From Acidobacteriota bacterium (lineage in GTDB: Bacteria; Acidobacteriota; Blastocatellia; Pyrinomonadales; Pyrinomonadaceae), in assembly GCA_023389035.1 (NCBI GenBank), contig JAEWFC010000004.1, positions 39,894-103,893 of the forward strand: a DNA stretch of 64,000 bases, given 5' to 3'. Under the pieces are notes generated by a model. That model did not search any database. It was not told the DNA's origin and saw only the letters and a program-made list of their open reading frames with translations. Of the stretch, positions 28,077 to 38,214 are shown one piece after another. Every line of letters starts with the position of its first letter. Position 1 is the first letter of the stretch. The position numbers and the translations under genes were made by a program.

Positions 28077-28559
28077 ATGATCAATCACTGGGAAGAATTC
28101 AATGTAACGCCAGACGCACGTGAGCCGATGGGTATGCGTGTTTCGCTGACGACGAGCGGCTTTATCTGTATAAACATGCGGGCCCTAAAGAACCTCGGCG
28201 AGCCGTCGCATGCCGTGCTCTATTTTGACCGGGCAAACAGCCTGATCGGGATAAAGCCCGGAAACGCTGCGCTCGCCAATGCTTATGCGCTTCACGCATG
28301 GGGCGATTCGCCGAGCAGGATAATTCGGGCGAAAAAATTCTGCACGTATCACGGCATTAAGATCGAACGGACGATCATCTTCAACGAACCGCGGGTCAAT
28401 ACCGACGGATTTCTTGTGCTTGACCTGAACCACACGCACATCAAGCTCAAATGGGCAGAGGTCGAGGAACAGGAACGGCTCGAGCTCGAAGCCCGTCGAC
28501 GCCTGATCGAAAAGCAGGGTTTTTGGTACGGAAAGCGCATGTTCCCGCTGCCGCGATAA
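28077..28559 (+). CDS. Uncharacterised protein, paralogue of 36289..36675 (family P)
   Basis: 160 aa with a GGAG RBS. Shares blocks with 36289..36675: IG(I/L)KP, FCT(Y/H)(H/N)GIK(I/V)(E/D)RT, DGFL(V/E)LDL. Confidence 0.65.
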   Translation: MINHWEEFNVTPDAREPMGMRVSLTTSGFICINMRALKNLGEPSHAVLYFDRANSLIGIKPGNAALANAYALHAWGDSPSRIIRAKKFCTYHGIKIERTIIFNEPRVNTDGFLVLDLNHTHIKLKWAEVEEQERLELEARRRLIEKQGFWYGKRMFPLPR

Positions 28560-28562
28560 GAC

Positions 28563-28593
28563 AAAAAAGGCCCTGCCTGGAGGCAGGCAGGGC
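28563..28593 (-). terminator. Intrinsic terminator of the TonB-dependent receptor gene
   Basis: A 10-bp stem GCCCTGCCTG/CAGGCAGGGC (28570-28593) with loop gagg, followed on the minus strand by a T6 run (A6 at 28563-28568 on plus). Confidence 0.7.
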
Positions 28594-28625
28594 TAGCGGA
28601 GATAACGATGAACCGTATCGCTACC

Positions 28626-31600
28626 TTAGAAATCGAATCTGACGCCGAGACGCACTTGCCGCTGACGGTAGGTGCGTGTCGGCACAAGGAAATTGTTACG
28701 GGCATTGATCTGTGCCTGCGTCGGCGTGCCGCCGGGAGCGGTGTTGACGAGCGCCGTGAAATCTATGAACTCCGCTCCAAAACTAAAGACCGCGGCGTTC
28801 AGGATGTTGTTGAATTCGACGACCGGCCGCAGACGCATTCGTTCGCCAAACCGCCACTCGCGGGTAACGTTCAGGTCAAAGGTGTAGAACGCAGGCCCGC
28901 GGCCGGCGTTACGCGGCAGGTTGCCGCTACGCGAACCGATCGGCTGCAGCGAAAAGCGGGCGGCGATGGCGTCGGGAAATGCCGAGCCAGGCTCACGCCA
29001 GACTATCTCGCTCGGGTCGCCGTTGTAATTGACGCGGTCCGTGCCGAGATCGTCCAGATTTCGGTCGCTGCCGCCGATGCCGAGATTGAACGGAGCCGAG
29101 CTGCCGTAACGGAACAGCGGCGAAAGCCGAACCTTTCCGAGCCACGCGGGCATATCAAACAGCCCGGAGATGGCGATGCGGTGGCGGCGGTCCTGCAGGC
29201 TGCGTGCCCACTCGCGGCCAAAGTCGCCATTGATCTCGGCATTGGAAGTATTGTTCAGCCCGTCATCCATCGTTTTGGAAAGTGTGTAAACCCCGCGGAG
29301 CGACATTCCGAATCCGTGGCCCAGCTTACGGTAGCGGCGACGCATCTCAACGACCAGCCCCTGATAGAAAGCGTTCCCATTCGAACCGATCCGCGAGGTC
29401 TCCTCGACCGACTGATCGGGACGGAACTGAGCGATGGCCGCCAGAGCGATGCCGATCGGCGCACCGGTCGCATTGTTGTTCTGCCCAATGACGGAAGCAG
29501 CCGGAGCGACGGACGAAGAATTGGTGGTGTTCAGATTGATCACGCACGAACTGTTTGCCGTGAACGAACAGCCGCCACCCACGCCGTTAGTGTCAGTGGT
29601 GGAACCCAGCGCGAAGTTATAAGTACGGGTCGTGCCGTTCGCATTGGTGAACACGAAGGGATTTGCAAGCAGATACTCGGTCCAGTCGGCATAACCGGCG
29701 GGCAGACGCGGAGCGTTAGGGTTGTAATCACGCCACAGGTGGACCGTCTTATTCCACGTGTAGTTAGTTTCGAAAACAAAGTCGCGGCCGATCTCGCGTT
29801 CGAAACCGACGTTGAACTGATAGCTTTCAGGGATCTTCAAATCCGGTTCGACGGAACGGAGCGGATTTCCGGCCGACGAGACATTCCGAACGAAACCGGT
29901 GTCTGCGCTGCAAGGGAGCGTCGTCGTGATCGTCTGACAGGTGGCAGCGACGAGAGCACGAAGCTCTTCGACAGACGCGTAGCTGTTAGGGAACGTGTTG
30001 GCGATCGCTGCGAGGATAGGTACGCGGCGAATGTCGGTCGCACCGGTGCCGATCGTCTGCGAGTCGAACGAGATCAAGTTGCCGCCCGTATTCTGAATGG
30101 AATCGGCCACCGTGCGAAGCAGCACGCGATTGTAAAAGATACCAGTGCCGAAACGAACAACGGTCTTTCCGTTCTTATACGGGTCCCAGGCGATGCCCAG
30201 CCGCGGGCCGAAGTTGTTGTTGTCGGAAACGGCGGTTTCCCGCTCATAGCGAACACCGAAACCTACAGTGAGGTTCGGCATTGGCTTGTACTCGTCGTTC
30301 AGATAAACGCCGAAATAAGTGTTAGTGACATCCGACCGGGTGCCGAAATTTTGCCGGAAACGGGAAAGAACATTGTTATTGAAATTCAGCACGCTGCTGA
30401 AATTGAACGTCCCAGTCGCATCGCCGAGCCCGAGCGTTTCGGACCTGACGTTCTGCAGATCGAAGCCGGTTTTCAGCGTGTGTCGACCGGCAAGATACGT
30501 GAAAGAATCCTGGATCTGCCAACGCGTCTCGTTACGCGAATCGGCGAAGTTGATCGACGTGCTCGTCGTCGAGTTTCCGGCGACGAGGGTTCTAACACCG
30601 TTCGCGACGGGATCGCGATAGGAAACGAGCACAACAGGCACGTCCGGGTTCGCGGTCTGAAAACTCGGCTGGTAACGAGACCACTGCATCCTGAACTGGT
30701 TAACGGCGCGTGCACCGAAAACATGGTTATCGGTGAAGTTGATCGCGTCGGTGTTGATGTTTTTGGCACGGAACGCTTCCTCAAGCTGGGTAACAGCGTT
30801 GCCGTTGGTGCGGCGGTTCTCGCGACGTCCGAACTGATAGCCGATGGTGATGTCGTTGTTGCGGAAGAGCTTATGGTCGATGCGTGCGACCGCGATGTGG
30901 GCCTGATTAGGCGTCGCGTAACTGCGGGTGTACGGCACAACGAAAGCGGCGGTCGGCGGATTAGCCGTGCACGCGTCGGGGTTTGAATTGTCACACGTCG
31001 GCGAACCCCCCGTCGATGCGGGAAGAGGAAAGCGCGGATTTCCGATCTCCGGCAGATAGGCATCGATCAGCGTCGTGTCCTGAACATTGAGATATTCATA
31101 CGCAACCGAAAAGAACGTCTTATTGAGGCCGTTGTAAAAAGGAACACGTACGGGGCCGCTCAGTGTGAAGCCGGGATTGTATTCCGTCAGCGGCAGACGC
31201 GGAATGTCGCGGCTGTTGTTGTACCAAGTGTTGGAATTGAGCCTCGCGTCGCGAAAGAACATAAATGCCCGGCCGCGAAGGCGATTCGTTCCGGCACGCG
31301 TTCTTAGGTTTATGCGTCCGCCGGAAGCTCGACCGTATTCGGCCGAAAACTGGTTCGAGATCACCTGCACCTCGGCGATGGCCTCTATCGGCGGCTGGAA
31401 CCGGTCGCGAGATGAGCGGTCGTCGTTGTTGTCGAGTCCGTCGATCGTGATGTTATTTGAATAAGCCGTGCCGCCGGAAAGCGAGAAGTTCCCCTGTTCC
31501 AGAGGCGTGCCGCTGGGATTTGACCGGCTGTCCTCGGCGAGTCCGCTAGTGGAAAGCGATTCTTCAGAAGTGCCGCCCAGCGTTAGGACGAGGTCGAGCG

Positions 31601-32075
31601 GATTGCGTGTAGCGTTCGGGATCTCTTCGATCTCTTGTCCCGTGATCGTTCCGCCAACGACGGTCCGCGAGGTGTCCACAGCAGGAGCATCGTCCTCGCC
31701 GACCGTTATCACCTCGGCCTGCACGCCGCCGACATCAAGCCCAAGATCGAGCTGAACATTTTGTCCCGAGACTGTGACGAGATCGATCCGTTCCTTTGTC
31801 CCGAAACCGCTTGCTTCGGCTCGAACGGTGTATGTTCCGGGCGTCAGCTCGATGATGCGGTAGCGGCCCTCGTCGTTCGTTGTGACGGAGCGGGACTGGC
31901 CGGTCTCGATCCGGGTAGCGGTGACGGTCGCACCGGCGATCGCCTGGCCATTGGGATCGACAATGCGGCCGGAGATAGTGACGTCGTCAAGGTCTTGAGC
32001 AAATGCCGCCGTGGAACATGCGAGTAAAAACGCAAACGCGGCCGCGAGGAACGCACGCCTCTGCAAGAAGAACAT
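28626..32075 (-). CDS. TonB-dependent receptor with N-terminal carboxypeptidase-regulatory-like domain
   Basis: 1149 aa with a signal peptide. GRIVDPNGQAIAGATVTATRIETGQSRSVTTNDEGRYRIIELTPGTYTV (CarboxypepD_reg), a plug region, a long beta-barrel and the terminal LGVRFDF. Confidence 0.85.
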   Translation of the reverse strand: MFFLQRRAFLAAAFAFLLACSTAAFAQDLDDVTISGRIVDPNGQAIAGATVTATRIETGQSRSVTTNDEGRYRIIELTPGTYTVRAEASGFGTKERIDLVTVSGQNVQLDLGLDVGGVQAEVITVGEDDAPAVDTSRTVVGGTITGQEIEEIPNATRNPLDLVLTLGGTSEESLSTSGLAEDSRSNPSGTPLEQGNFSLSGGTAYSNNITIDGLDNNDDRSSRDRFQPPIEAIAEVQVISNQFSAEYGRASGGRINLRTRAGTNRLRGRAFMFFRDARLNSNTWYNNSRDIPRLPLTEYNPGFTLSGPVRVPFYNGLNKTFFSVAYEYLNVQDTTLIDAYLPEIGNPRFPLPASTGGSPTCDNSNPDACTANPPTAAFVVPYTRSYATPNQAHIAVARIDHKLFRNNDITIGYQFGRRENRRTNGNAVTQLEEAFRAKNINTDAINFTDNHVFGARAVNQFRMQWSRYQPSFQTANPDVPVVLVSYRDPVANGVRTLVAGNSTTSTSINFADSRNETRWQIQDSFTYLAGRHTLKTGFDLQNVRSETLGLGDATGTFNFSSVLNFNNNVLSRFRQNFGTRSDVTNTYFGVYLNDEYKPMPNLTVGFGVRYERETAVSDNNNFGPRLGIAWDPYKNGKTVVRFGTGIFYNRVLLRTVADSIQNTGGNLISFDSQTIGTGATDIRRVPILAAIANTFPNSYASVEELRALVAATCQTITTTLPCSADTGFVRNVSSAGNPLRSVEPDLKIPESYQFNVGFEREIGRDFVFETNYTWNKTVHLWRDYNPNAPRLPAGYADWTEYLLANPFVFTNANGTTRTYNFALGSTTDTNGVGGGCSFTANSSCVINLNTTNSSSVAPAASVIGQNNNATGAPIGIALAAIAQFRPDQSVEETSRIGSNGNAFYQGLVVEMRRRYRKLGHGFGMSLRGVYTLSKTMDDGLNNTSNAEINGDFGREWARSLQDRRHRIAISGLFDMPAWLGKVRLSPLFRYGSSAPFNLGIGGSDRNLDDLGTDRVNYNGDPSEIVWREPGSAFPDAIAARFSLQPIGSRSGNLPRNAGRGPAFYTFDLNVTREWRFGERMRLRPVVEFNNILNAAVFSFGAEFIDFTALVNTAPGGTPTQAQINARNNFLVPTRTYRQRQVRLGVRFDF

Positions 32076-32174
32076 GAATTTTAACGCTCCGAAGAAATAG
32101 GGATTCGGGAATACGACGTATTCTCAGATGAAACTCTCTGAAAGTAAAGCTGAGACGCGGTAACGGGAAAAAAG

Positions 32175-32576
32175 TTACTCGTCGTCGATCGAGACTTCGG
32201 TGTAGAGGGTTCGGCGGAGGCGTGAGACGGGGACGAGAGCGTCGCCGGAGCGGGTATCGCCGGGAGTGCGTGAAAGCTCGCTGGCGTGATTGCGGAGGTA
32301 TTCGAAAAAGCGTTCGAATTCGCGCTGCATCGCGTCCATCTTTTCACGCATATTGAGAATGATCTCGACACCGGCGAGATTTACCCCGAGATCGCGGGTG
32401 AGCGAAAGTATGATCTCAAGCCGCTCGATATCGCTGTCTTCGTAAAGCCGCGTGTTGCCCTCAGACCGCGACGGCTTGAGCAGCCCCTCGCGTTCATACA
32501 TCCTGAGCGTCTGCGGATGTATCTCAAACATCTCCGCGACGGCACTGATCGTGTATGTCTTAACGCGTTTTTTCAT
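32175..32576 (-). CDS. hspR: MerR-family heat-shock repressor HspR
   Basis: YTISAVAEMFEIHPQTLRMYEREGLLKPSRSEGNTRLYEDSDIERLEIILSLTRDLGVNLAGVEIIL; located at the end of the dnaK operon as in actinobacterial dnaK-grpE-dnaJ-hspR. Confidence 0.8.
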   Translation of the reverse strand: MKKRVKTYTISAVAEMFEIHPQTLRMYEREGLLKPSRSEGNTRLYEDSDIERLEIILSLTRDLGVNLAGVEIILNMREKMDAMQREFERFFEYLRNHASELSRTPGDTRSGDALVPVSRLRRTLYTEVSIDDE

Positions 32577-32586
32577 TGCGGCTAGT

Positions 32587-33753
32587 CTATTCCAAACCCA
32601 TCGCCTTTCGCGGGTTGTCAGCGTTTACCTTTTCAAACTGGCGGAGCAGTTCCTTAGTTTCCTCAGAGATCACACGGGGCAGCGAGATCTTGACCTCGAT
32701 AAACTCGTCGCCGCGAAGCTTGGGATTCCTGAGGCTCGGGAAACCGCGTTCGCGAAGACGGAACTTTTGTCCAGATTCCGTGCCCGGCGGTATCTTTAGC
32801 TGGGCCTTGCCCTCGACCGTCGGCACCTCGATCTTTGCACCAAGTGCCGCCTCGGGAACCGAGATCGGGACGGTCACGTAGACGTTGTCGCCCTTACGCG
32901 TAAGGAAGGGATGCTTGCCGACATTGGTCAAAATGAAAAGATCGCCCGGCTCGGCACCGAGCCTGCCGCCGTGGCCTTTTTTCGGAATGCGGACGCGCGA
33001 GCCGGTATCAACGCCGGCAGGTATTCGGATCTTGACCTGCTCGGTCTTAGGCGTGGTGCCCTTACCGTAGCAAAGCGAACAAGGCGACCGACGCCGGCCG
33101 GTTCCAGAACAATCGGAACATTCCTGTGAGAACTGTAAGCGGCCGCCGGTACGCATAACCTGACCGGTTCCCTTGCAGGTCGAGCACGTAACGACCGGGC
33201 CGCCGGTGTCGCCTGCACCGTTGCAGCGTGAACACTGCTCGGAGCGATTGACCGTTATGTTTGTAGTGAGGCCCGCGAATGCCTCTTCAAAACTCAGAGC
33301 CAGCGGTATCTCGATATCACGTCCGCGCTTCGGCATTGCACGTGGCGGCTCGGGAGTGACCCGTTGACCGCCGCCGGCACCGCCGAAAAGATCGGAAAAG
33401 ATGTCACGAAAACTGGAAGAGCCGCCGCCCGTTGAACCCGAACCGCCGGAGAAATCAAAACCGGAAAAATCAAAACCCGCAGCACCGCCGCCCGAGGCTC
33501 CTGCGGCAAATGGCGAATCGGCATCGAGGTTTTCGTTGTAATAGCCGAAGCGGTCAAAGACCTTGCGTTTTTTCTCATCTGAAAGAACGTCGTAGGCTTC
33601 CTGGACCTCTTTGAACTTTTCCTCGGCGGACTTGTCGTTCGGGTTTACATCAGGGTGAAATTTACGCGCGAGCCGACGGTAAGACTTCTTGATCTCATCG
33701 GCTTTCGCGTCCTTTTTGACGCCGAGTGTCTGGTAGTAATCTTTTTTCGCCAT
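32587..33753 (-). CDS. dnaJ: Molecular chaperone DnaJ
   Basis: J domain with HPD (KFHPDVNP), a G/F-rich linker and four CxxCxGxG zinc-finger repeats. Confidence 0.95.
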   Translation of the reverse strand: MAKKDYYQTLGVKKDAKADEIKKSYRRLARKFHPDVNPNDKSAEEKFKEVQEAYDVLSDEKKRKVFDRFGYYNENLDADSPFAAGASGGGAAGFDFSGFDFSGGSGSTGGGSSSFRDIFSDLFGGAGGGQRVTPEPPRAMPKRGRDIEIPLALSFEEAFAGLTTNITVNRSEQCSRCNGAGDTGGPVVTCSTCKGTGQVMRTGGRLQFSQECSDCSGTGRRRSPCSLCYGKGTTPKTEQVKIRIPAGVDTGSRVRIPKKGHGGRLGAEPGDLFILTNVGKHPFLTRKGDNVYVTVPISVPEAALGAKIEVPTVEGKAQLKIPPGTESGQKFRLRERGFPSLRNPKLRGDEFIEVKISLPRVISEETKELLRQFEKVNADNPRKAMGLE

Positions 33754-33808
33754 CGAATTTGCGGGCTGTGAGAGATCTCCCGGTTATAACAAAAAAGGCC
33801 GCGTATGC

Positions 33809-33849
33809 ATAAAACGGTAAGCAGTGAACGGCCGGCCCACTGCTTACCG
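33809..33849 (-). terminator. Terminator/attenuator hairpin in the dnaK-dnaJ intergenic region
   Basis: On the minus strand, CGGTAAGCAGTG / CACTGCTTACCG forms a 12-bp stem followed by TTTTAT. An alternative 11-bp pairing, GCAGTGAACGG/CCGTTCACTGC, uses overlapping bases. Confidence 0.5.
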
Positions 33850-33864
33850 TTCACTGCCCTTCGG

Positions 33865-35808
<1,944 letters not shown>

Positions 35809-35881
35809 TCTTTATATCTCCAAATATTAAAATAGCTGGAATTGTCCGCCGTTTGCCTTCAATTCACTTGAGCCTTGAAAA

Positions 35882-35910
35882 AGTATAAAGGTTGAGTGTG
35901 TCACTGTCAA
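35882..35910 (-). promoter_or_regulatory. Sigma-70-like promoter of the dnaK operon with an overlapping imperfect palindrome
   Basis: Minus strand: TTGACA (35910-35905), a 17-nt spacer, then TATACT (35887-35882). TTGAcaGTGaCACacTCAA overlaps the -35 box. GGAG RBS precedes ATG 35808. Confidence 0.55.
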
Positions 35911-36235
35911 CTTTTAATTTTGGGTAATCGGATTGGATCGTTTCCCGGTGCTGAGAAAGGGCGATCTATGCCGACAGCCACGCGATCGCGTGCTCCAGCG
36001 ACGCGAAATTAGCAGCCAGCCCCGCGAATTTTCGCGACCTGCACCGCGGTTTAGGGCCGGATTCTCACGCTTGTGTCGTTCGTAGCGCTTCCGCTTCGGT
36101 TTCCTATGGCCAACCCGTCAACGAGGCCGCACGAACGTCGAGCCTGTCCATCGTTTACTGCTTCGGACGCTGCTGCGCATTCTTCACCGTAACCCGTTCC
36201 ATTTTGATCGACCGGGAAAAACGCAAAAATAGTTG

Positions 36236-36265
36236 TTGCATTCCGCATTCCGTCTGTGCTACATT
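36236..36265 (+). promoter_or_regulatory. Candidate promoter of 36289 flanked by direct and inverted repeats
   Basis: TTGCAT (36236-36241), an 18-nt spacer, then TACATT (36260-36265). Direct repeat TTGTTGCA at 36233-36240 and 36264-36271, tandem GCATTCC GCATTCC at 36238-36251, and inverted repeat AGTTGTT (36231-36237) / AACAACT (36279-36285). Confidence 0.4.
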
Positions 36266-36288
36266 GTTGCACGGATGGAACAACTATT

Positions 36289-36675
36289 ATGATCAAACGA
36301 TGGAAAAAATTCGAAGGGTCGCCAAACGGTTCGCGACGAGGCGAACCGCGGGTGACGATCCACAAGTCTAAAACTATTCTGCTTAATAAGGTGGTCTGGG
36401 AAAGGTTCGGTTCACCGAAGGCGGTCGAGATGTTTTTCGACGAAGGGCGGAACGTGATCGGGCTGAAACCGACGGATCCCGCCAAGTTCAACGCGTTCCC
36501 GGTCAAACCGCGAAAGAATGGCACCCACAAAATAATCAGCGCCGGCGCCTTCTGCACGCACAACGGCATCAAGGTCGACCGCACCGAGCTCTTCGCAAAC
36601 CCGCTCATCGACCGCGACGGCTTCCTGGAACTAGACCTAACCAAAACCATCACCGTCGGCCGCGGCTCTCGGTAA
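36289..36675 (+). CDS. Uncharacterised protein, paralogue of 28077..28559 (family P)
   Basis: Start preferred at ATG 36289 (MIKRWKKFEG...), parallel to MINHWEEFNV... of the paralogue. Confidence 0.6.
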   Translation: MIKRWKKFEGSPNGSRRGEPRVTIHKSKTILLNKVVWERFGSPKAVEMFFDEGRNVIGLKPTDPAKFNAFPVKPRKNGTHKIISAGAFCTHNGIKVDRTELFANPLIDRDGFLELDLTKTITVGRGSR

Positions 36676-36798
36676 GTTTCAATTTCTGCCCGGTATGAAC
36701 TAGGTCGCGGTTTGAGAGATTGTTCAGAGGGCTTATTTACCGCTGCCTTTAGGCAACGGACCAGTTAGCAAGTGAACTGGGCTTTAGCCCAACATCTG

Positions 36799-36863
36799 GT
36801 TTGGGCTAAAACCCCGTGTGTTGCCTAACGGTGACCGTTGGCTGAAGCCAACGGCAATATTGG
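36799..36863. repeat. Intergenic hairpin repeat type A, copy 1
   Basis: gtttgggctaaaaccccgtgtgttgcctaacggtgaccgttggctgaagccaacggcaatattgg contains the hairpin CCGTTGGCT-ga-AGCCAACGG. Matches 37549-37610. Confidence 0.8.
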
Positions 36864-36899
36864 TATGTTAGACCGTCTAGGTCAGACGGTCTTTAGGGT

Positions 36900-37478
36900 T
36901 TATTTAAGAGCGTCAACACCGCGTTTATCGTCGAGCCGACGGCTTTTGATGAAGACCAAAACAACGTTTCCTTCGAGCTTCCCGATGCGTCCCTCATGAC
37001 CTAGGTTTCCGAACAGGCCACGCGTTACGCTGCCCGAGACGTTTCCTACTCCAGCGGTGATCGTGGATTTCGGGGTTACGGCTTCTAATTCATAGAAGGC
37101 CGCACTATTTGCCCCGCGTCCGACCGCAAACTCTGCTTCTGGATACGCCTCAACAAATACCTTTGCCGGAATTTTATCCTTTGGTTTCTCTAGCTGGATG
37201 ATCGCCAGAGTACCGTCAACAAAATACAGCTTTACATCCTCAAACCCTTCGAGCTTTTCCCAATGAAGCACGCGAAGGTCATTCGGTTTGTCGATACCTT
37301 TCGCTATGTACTTGAGTGATCTGCTTGAGTCCTTATCCGACTTAGCCTTACCGAGCACTTCGATGGCCATTTGGGGAGTCGCTTCGTCAAGAACCAACCC
37401 ACGCCAGCGATCAGCAGATTGTCCAAATGAGAACGACGGTAAAAGTACCGTCAAAATAATCACGTGTATTAGCTTCAT
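36900..37478 (-). CDS. Secreted hypothetical protein
   Basis: ATG 37478 gives MKLIHVIILTVLLPSFSFGQ (signal peptide). No domain recognised. Confidence 0.55.
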   Translation of the reverse strand: MKLIHVIILTVLLPSFSFGQSADRWRGLVLDEATPQMAIEVLGKAKSDKDSSRSLKYIAKGIDKPNDLRVLHWEKLEGFEDVKLYFVDGTLAIIQLEKPKDKIPAKVFVEAYPEAEFAVGRGANSAAFYELEAVTPKSTITAGVGNVSGSVTRGLFGNLGHEGRIGKLEGNVVLVFIKSRRLDDKRGVDALK

Positions 37479-37548
37479 GGTTTGCCGTGGAATATATAGG
37501 AGACCGCCTACGGTCGTCAAGATTTTCGATTTGGTTTGACTGACGTCG

Positions 37549-37610
37549 TTTGGCTAAAGCCCGGTGTTTGTTAACCGGTAGCCGTTGGCTGAAGCCAACG
37601 GCAATATTGG
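37549..37610. repeat. Intergenic hairpin repeat type A, copy 2
   Basis: gtttggctaaagcccggtgtttgttaaccggtagccgttggctgaagccaacggcaatattgg. A partial third copy (ggcaaggccccggtgtgttag) lies at about 39118-39140. Confidence 0.8.
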
Positions 37611-37655
37611 AGCGGATCGATCTTTGGACGATTTTGATCAAGACGTTCAAGGCTG

Positions 37656-38075
37656 CTAGTCGCCTGAGAGTTCTATACCTAGTCCGTGCTTGCTTGCTTC
37701 GTAGCAGGCATAGAGCAGCTTATTTATAGCCGACGGAACTTTGGCCGGCGGGAAGCGGGCCTTGATAGTCTCGCACTCATCCAACAGACCTTGAACTTCC
37801 TCGGGCGTGTAGCGCGCGTCGCCATAGATGTCGTGGAAACGGCCCAAGAGCGGAAAGCCTAAGTTAGTAAGAGTTTCCAAAAACTTCTTTTGTATTCGTT
37901 CGGCCGCAACGAAGTAAGGTTCTCCTCGCTCCACATCTTGCGACTCAACAGGCACACCTAGAGCATCTACGAATAATTCCCCCCAATCATTATCTCCGAG
38001 CGTTAGACCGGAGAAACGGTTGTCCGGATGCAGATCCTCAGGTCTTCCGTTTAACAAAACAATATTCATACCCAC
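37656..38075 (-). CDS. Hypothetical cytoplasmic protein (orphan)
   Basis: 139-aa ORF with no signal peptide, acidic composition and no domain recognised. Confidence 0.5.
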   Translation of the reverse strand: MGMNIVLLNGRPEDLHPDNRFSGLTLGDNDWGELFVDALGVPVESQDVERGEPYFVAAERIQKKFLETLTNLGFPLLGRFHDIYGDARYTPEEVQGLLDECETIKARFPPAKVPSAINKLLYACYEASKHGLGIELSGD

Positions 38076-38114
38076 AGATCAGATCAATAACAGCGTCTAA
38101 CGTCGGTCATCATA

Positions 38115-38184
38115 TCGCCCCTACGGGGCTCGGGTTCGGTTTTACGCTACGTTCTACAAACATTTGGCTCCTGCGGTGCCGCGG
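38115..38184. repeat. Intergenic twin-hairpin repeat type B, copy 1
   Basis: tcGCCCCtacGGGGCtcgggttcggttttacgctacgttctacaaacatttGGCTCCtgcGGTGCCgcgg; matches 38898-38966. Confidence 0.85.
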
Positions 38185-38214
38185 GCACGGGATTCGTTTC
38201 CGGGGTCGAACCTC

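Noticed and set aside
28608-30986. 792-aa plus-strand ORF
   Set aside because: It lies entirely antisense to the well-supported TonB-dependent receptor gene. The sequence is Arg/Gly/Val-rich and low-complexity, which is typical of shadow ORFs in GC-rich coding DNA.
35860-35900. Canonical HspR HAIR or HrcA CIRCE operator upstream of dnaK
   Set aside because: The TTGAG half-sites are in direct orientation and no TTAGCACTC-N9-GAGTGCTAA is present. Only an imperfect palindrome is reported instead.
36051-36653. 200-aa minus-strand ORF
   Set aside because: It overlaps the family-P paralogue on the opposite strand, and that gene is supported by homology to 28077..28559. The ORF has no RBS and odd composition.
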